Shown: positions 39,241 to 45,843 of the stretch, piece after piece
Layout of the letters: each line of letters opens with the position of its first letter
Position numbering within the stretch: the stretch's first letter is position 1
From: Octopus bimaculoides
Taxonomy: Eukaryota
DNA: 45,843 nucleotides
NCBI RefSeq assembly: GCF_001194135.2
Contig: NC_068981.1
Coordinates: 192,324,241-192,370,083, forward strand
Direction: 5' to 3'
Notes under the pieces: model-generated
What the model saw: only the letters and a program-made list of their open reading frames with translations
Database searches by the model: none
Told to the model about the DNA's origin: nothing
Translations under genes and position numbers: made by a program

Positions 39241-39668
39241 AACATTAGCAAACTNNNNNNNNNNNNNNNNNNNNNNNNNNNNNNNNNNNNNNNNNNNNNN
39301 NNNNNNNNNNNNNNNNNNNNNNNNNNNNNNNNNNNNNNNNNNNNNNNNNNNNNNNNNNNNNNNNNNNNNNNNNNNNNNNNNNNNNNNNNNNNNNNNNNNN
39401 NNNNNNNNNNNNNNNNNNNNNNNNNNNNNNNNNNNNNNNNNNNNNNNNNNNNNNNNNNNNNNNNNNNNNNNNNNNNNNNNNNNNNNNNNNNNNNNNNNNN
39501 NNNNNNNNNNNNNNNNNNNNNNNNNNNNNNNNNNNNNNNNNNNNNNNNNNNNNNNNNNNNNNNNNNNNNNNNNNNNNNNNNNNNNNNNNNNNNNNNNNNN
39601 NNNNNNNNNNNNNNNNNNNNNNNNNNNNNNNNNNNNNNNNNNNNNNNNNNNNNNNNNNNNNNNNNNNN

Positions 39669-39706
<38 letters not shown>

Positions 39707-40094
39707 AATAATAAGCAACACGGATTTCAAAAGTGATTGCAGTACGCACGTTTCATGCTACTTCAATTTATTTAAGTAATGTGAGCATTACCTTAAATGC
39801 AATATGAAGAGCAATCTTCAGCTGCACGAAAAAATGTAGAAAAAAAGACATATTACAAATGTGGCAACATATTAAAACCAAGTGGGAGAGAGCAGAGGAA
39901 GAATATATAAGTCCATCTTGACATAGCAGGGTCTATCAGGCTATATATATATATACATATGAATTTATATATGTGCATGTATGTATATCTATGCATGTAT
40001 GTGTGCATGTATTTATACAGACATATAAGTATGCACAATTGCATTTATGCACATATGCAAGTGTGTGCATGTATATGTCTATGTATGTATGTAT

Positions 40095-40300
40095 GTAACA
40101 TGATTGAATGCTTAAAAAGTTTGCTTCACAGTCACATGATCCTGGGCTTGATTCTATTGTGTGTCATCTTGAGCAAGTATCTTTTACCAATGCCTAAGGT
40201 TAACCCAATCCTTGTGAGTGGAATTGAGTGGATGAAAATTGTACAGAAGGCTATTGGATGAGTTGTATCTGTAATTCAATGGTTCAACCTTAACACTCAC
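40095..40300 (+). mobile_element. Degenerate SINE
   Basis: Similar to the 3700 and 15580 SINE heads and bodies. Confidence 0.5.
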
Positions 40301-40644
40301 TATATCATATTGATTTCTACCTGAGGATTACATTAAAAGTGCACACATACCTACAAAATACAAAGTCACTTTTATGTTAACTCAATAAGTGGTTCATTTG
40401 GTCAAACAACTGAATACTAATACTGAATACTGAATACCAACTGAATATTTATTTATTGAGTAAAATTTACGGAGTAATATTTGCAGGAGTTGATATTTGC
40501 TGATATCAAGGTCCAAAATTTCATTTCAAATCCTATTTGATTTGAGTGAATATTTTATCCAATTTAGTTAATTTTTCTACAACAGATTTAACTAGTTCAA
40601 TAAAACATTTTATTGACCTTCTAACCATTGTCAATAAGCTTTAA

Positions 40645-40785
40645 ATGTGGTATTAAGAAGGGCATCCAATAACAGAAATCATGCTAAAACAGACAGCAAA
40701 GCTTGGTGCAGTTTTCTAACTTACCAGCTCCAGTCAAATTGTCCAACCCATGCCAGCATGGAAAACAGATGTTAAATGATGAAAT
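40645..40785 (+). mobile_element. RTE 3' end
   Basis: GTGGTATTAAGAAGGGCATCC..CCAACCCATGCCAGCATGGAAAACAGATGTTAAATGATG. Confidence 0.8.
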
Positions 40786-40940
40786 GTCCTCATGTCTAGA
40801 CCTTAAGAACCATGAGAGTTTATTGGGGGAAGCTGAATTATTTATCTTCTTGATAGATGAAAGACAAAGTCAGACCTGGCAGGTTCTAAACTCAAAGATG
40901 GATTATCATAAGCTAAATATTGTTGAACGTCTAGACCAAT

Positions 40941-40990
<50 letters not shown>

Positions 40991-41699
40991 CACATATCTC
41001 ATATCTTAAAAAGATGGAAGTACACATTGAATAATATAGTTCTAGATAAACTATGTCTGATGGTCATTGTTGGAATGTCTTTCAGCAAAAGTCTGCTTGA
41101 TCAGAAATGATTAGCAACAATAACAAAATTATGAAATATAAAGATTCTATGCATCTATTTCAATATTTGTGTGTGTATGTGTGTGTGAATAAATATCTAT
41201 GTGTATGTGTGTGTGCATGTCTGTGTTTATATGGGTAGGTATGTGTGTGTGAAAAGAGAATTCACCAGTGTGTGTCTGTAACTTCTGAAATCTGTTTTAC
41301 TGAACCTGTTAGTAAATTCTGACAGCTTGCTAGAATGGACAGTTGTTTAATATATTCATGAAGCCAACAGCTTCAGAGCCATATTATTGATTTCAGCACA
41401 TTGGGTTTTGGAGATGGAACCAAAAGATTTCTTATTATTCTATTTAATGTTGTTGTTGCTGCTGCTGCTGCTGCTGTTGCTTAAGTCCAGGACAACCCCT
41501 GAATCAAGCTGACCCATGATCAAAGTTAATCCAACCATGACCATGCTGATTTAGTGTGTCTGAGAATACGTTATACAACATAAAATTCCTTTACACAGCC
41601 TTTAAGTTCTCTATAATTCTATTTTCATTGTTATATTTCTCACTTCACATTTTGCTGATCGTTAAGAACTGTAGGTATTATAGAGTGATTTGAATTTGC

Positions 41700-41820
41700 A
41701 CTGCAGACCTGTGGACCAAAGTGGAGTGCCCAGCCACTTGCACGTTAATTTCACAAGCAAGCTGTTCCACCATTGGTTGGATCAACTGGAACCCTCACCG
41801 TCATAACCAATGGAGTATTA
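41700..41820 (+). mobile_element. SINE 3' fragment
   Basis: CAGCCACTTGCACGTTAATTTCACAAGCAAGCTGTTCC is the reverse complement of 5355-5395. Confidence 0.7.
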
Positions 41821-43365
41821 CTGCAGATGAAAATTATGAATTTAAAGAAGATACTGGTGGTCTAAGTTGACAAAAAAATTGTCTTTTCTTTGTTTTAGAT
41901 TGCCTCAAATTAATCCTAATTAATCTGAATTCATCCTAATTCAGCAAACTTATAATAAGAGGTGTTTTAGCCATGGTCATCTCTCTTTTTTTTTTTTTTG
42001 CATTTGTTACATTTTACATTGTGTTCTGTTCTCTTAAAAGACAACAAATTTGAGTAAATTTGGCTGTTATCTCTAGTAGGTTGTGTAGCCTCATCATGTG
42101 AGAAGGAGTAACACTCCAAGCTTTTGAAATAATTAAAATAAATATAGCTATTTACCTGATGCTAGTACAATAGATGTAATTACTTATAGACACTAGTACA
42201 ATAAATGTTCTTATCTGCAGATATTAATGTAATAAATAAGAATGTAATTATTTACATAGCAGGGATTTGACCAGATTTACACCACTTTGCTTGGATTTCC
42301 AGTTATGAGCCACAGCCTATTCATATAGCAATAAAAGGCACAACCAAACCCTTGTGAGAAGAGAACACTCACATAAATTTTAAGCAGTCAGTCAGCATTG
42401 ATTGGCAAGTATCAGCTAACAGCAGTGAGCATCAAAGAAGGGATGTGAAAGCTTCCCACCAGTTTGCGACTTGATAGTTTTGGAAGGGGTTATATAAGCT
42501 GGTGATTTGGACTCCACACCAGAATCAACTCACATTCCACACAGAACTTTGTCACTTAGTTTCACTAGATATATTCTCACCTGTTTCTAATTGTCCTTAT
42601 ACTTTAAGAATACATGGTCAACAAAAGTTAATTAGCCTCGTTTAATTGTTGAAATCCATCTATCACTCTATTTATCTACTCTTTTTTAAGACCATTCTCA
42701 GCATCTTCCATGTTGTAAATCTTCAAGTATTACCTGCAGATACACAGGAATGTTCGTCAACACCTTAATACACATGTAAGATATAAACTATAAAATTTAA
42801 TAAATGGATGGAAATAAATATTTATCTGTATGGTCATTCTTGTCTGTGAATACAGTTTCTTACCTAATTAACAATGATATAATAATGATCCCACCCACAA
42901 ATGCAATATATGCAGTTACCTGCTGGTATTAATGCAATACATGTAAATTATTGGTGGGATGAATATTGCTATTTACAGGCATTAGGGTAATAAATGTAGG
43001 TATCCATTAGCATATTAGTTCAACTTAAATTGCTGCAAGTTAGTGACTCAAGTGAAAATGTGAACAGAAAAAATTTCAATTGGAAGTAGTTATGGGAGGA
43101 AGAACTGGATAAATGTGGTCTTAAGTTCAAATTGAAGGGTTAAACTCAAAATAAATGTCCGATTTTGTTTGTTTCAATTTGTCTGGCTAAAAAGAATCTG
43201 TTCTACTCCTACTGCATAATTGAGTGGTTAGTGGTGGAAATGACAACAAGCTTTAAAGCTAATTGCTCCAACAAAAGTAACCTTATCCATTAGTAGAATA
43301 TATAAAGATATCTAAGAACAGAAAAAAGTTATAAGCAATAGAGAACTCAATGCTAGAAGACAAGT

Positions 43366-43990
<625 letters not shown>

Positions 43991-44010
43991 ACATTATTAA
44001 CTTTACGTTT

Positions 44011-44732
44011 ATTAAAATATAAACTAACAGAAATATTAAATGCAAAGCTTATATTAAAATATAAACTAACAGAAATTGCAAAGTTTATATTAAAATATAA
44101 ACTAACAGAAATATTAAATGCAAAGCTTATATTAAAATATAAACTAACAGAAAATGCAAAGCTTATGTTAAAATATAAACTAACAGAAATATTAAATGCA
44201 AAGCTTATATTAAAATATAAACTAACAGAAATATTAAATGCAAAGCTTATATTAAAATATTAACTAACAGAAATATTATATTCAAAGCTTACATTAAAAT
44301 ATAAACTAACAGAAAATGCAAAGTTTATATTAAAATATAAACTAATAGAAATATTAAATGCAAAGCTTACCTGAAAATATAAACTCACAGAAAATGCAAA
44401 GTTTATATTAAAATATAAACTAACAGAAATATTAAATGCAAAGCTTACATTAAAATATAAACTCACAGAAAATGCAAAGTTTATATTAAAATATAAACTA
44501 ACAGAAATATTAAATNNNNNNNNNNGCTTACATTAAAATATAAACTAACAGAAAATGCAAAGCTTATATTAAAATATAAACTCACAGAAAATGCAAAGCT
44601 TATATTAAAATATAAACTAACAGAAATATTAAATGCAAAGCTTACATTAAAATATAAACTAACAGAAATATTAAATGCAAAGCTAACATTAAAATATAAA
44701 CTAACAGAAAATGCAAAGCTTATATTAAAATA
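44011..44732. repeat. Minisatellite of 42-bp and 36-bp variants (~18 units)
   Basis: ATTAAAATATAAACTAACAGAAATATTAAATGCAAAGCTTAT (42) and ATTAAAATATAAACTAACAGAAAATGCAAAGCTTAT (36); 10-N gap at ~44516. Confidence 0.97.
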
Positions 44733-45843
44733 CTAGCAGTATAACCCGACCTTGTCCGGGTGTGACTTATTACGCCATCTACGATAAGTCTTGATAGGTG
44801 AAAATCAACTAAAAAAGAAAGCCTTACAACGAAAAAACCCTTATGATGTAAATATGTTCATAATTCAAAAGACGATGAAATTAATAGGAAAAGTCTGAAG
44901 GCTGTTTTGCGTAACATTATTATGCGTACGTAAATTTCATCCGTCTAATTGGCTATAGAAATGCTTGTGCAAAACAATTTTTTGCGCTGCCCTGATTATA
45001 CATAGCAGGGTAATCCCTTTATACAGGAGCTAGGACGGCAATTTGTGATGAAGCAATTGCTGGCGATCTGTTGCTAAACAGTTTTGCCAGAATTCTATCA
45101 GATTGGGCAGAAGATGTTGATGCACCATTTTGCATTATGTTCAAAGTAGCTACTGGAATGTGGTGAATTGCTGCAGTCTGTTGCTGTCATTTTAAACCGG
45201 TTGCTGTCTTTCCCCAGCAAACTCTCTTCTTTGGAGGCATAATCTATGTATATATTAAACAGAACAACAAAAGTTATAATAGATGGCAGGGTCGGTACTT
45301 TTCACATTTCTGTAATTTTTCAGATTAACACCCGCACGTTTACCCAACCCTAATCCTAAACCTAATCCTAACATTAACCCTAACACTAACCCTAAACCCT
45401 AACCCTAAAACCCTAACCCTAAAACCTTAACCATAACACTAATCCTAACCCTAGCCGCAACAGTAACCCTAAACCCTAACACCCTAGTGAAAATCGTGGT
45501 ATATTTACAAAACATTGACGAACATGGGTTATATTTTACTGAATGAATGTGTACTTGCACGTGTATGAGTTTGAGAGAGCGAGAGAGGAAGAGGTAGAGA
45601 GAGGGGGAGAAAGGAATAGAGGTAGTTAAAAGTTTTCTTATGACGGCTTCTGTTCACTGCCTATTACTTCATTAGAAAGCTAAGGATGCGCATAAGCACA
45701 TAATAGAGAAAAATGAAACAAATATGGACGACTTGCTCCGAAACACCACTGAGTGGGGAACACTTCTCAAAAATAACCTACAGTTGTTTCCTTCAAAATT
45801 CCTACATGCTTGAAATGTACATATATCAAGGTATATTTGTAGA
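44733..45843 (-). mobile_element. Helitron-like element, 3' end at 44733; 5' end not identified
   Basis: Minus strand ACCCGGAC-AAG-GTCGGGT hairpin (44761-44744), 7 nt, CTAG, then flanking T: canonical Helitron 3' signature. Confidence 0.7.
45343..45487. repeat. Degenerate (CCCTAA)n telomere-like tract
   Basis: AACCCT/AAACCCT/AATCCT variants, internal to non-telomeric sequence. Confidence 0.9.

Noticed and set aside
42140-43010. Series of minus-strand CAG|GT donors suggesting micro-exons
   Set aside because: Most arise from a degenerate ~28-bp motif (TTACCTG..ATTAATGCAATA.ATGTAA); no matching acceptors or open frames found.
44011-44732. CRISPR-like array
   Set aside because: Contiguous tandem units without unique spacers, in eukaryotic context with no cas genes.
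45343-45487. True chromosome end
   Set aside because: The tract is short, degenerate and flanked by complex sequence on both sides.

Overview
AT-rich, microsatellite-dense, gapped (N runs) animal genomic DNA. The repeat families (RTE LINE ends with (GAT)n tails, tRNA-derived SINEs) look like those of Octopus/coleoid cephalopods; that is inference from recalled repeat families, not a database search. I can support no host protein-coding gene, rRNA, tRNA or CRISPR array, and most ORF-track entries are microsatellite or N-gap artefacts. The window is mostly decayed transposable elements: a near-full-length dead RTE LINE (~27.8-31.9 kb) plus ~18 truncated RTE ends, a BovB-like RTE 5' half, three CR1/L2-group remnants, two HERO-like LINE remnants, a Tc1 end fused to a mariner transposase, a foldback MITE, many SINEs, and a Helitron 3' end inserted at a 42/36-bp minisatellite. 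The best finds are RNA-structural. One is a complete minimal type-I hammerhead ribozyme motif with an unusually long stem II (43719-43830, minus). The other is a 529-bp palindrome (22301-22829) whose two arms each carry a complementarily decayed hammerhead. Both resemble Penelope-like-element (PLE) or retrozyme ribozymes. Boundaries of degenerate repeats are approximate (tens of bp).
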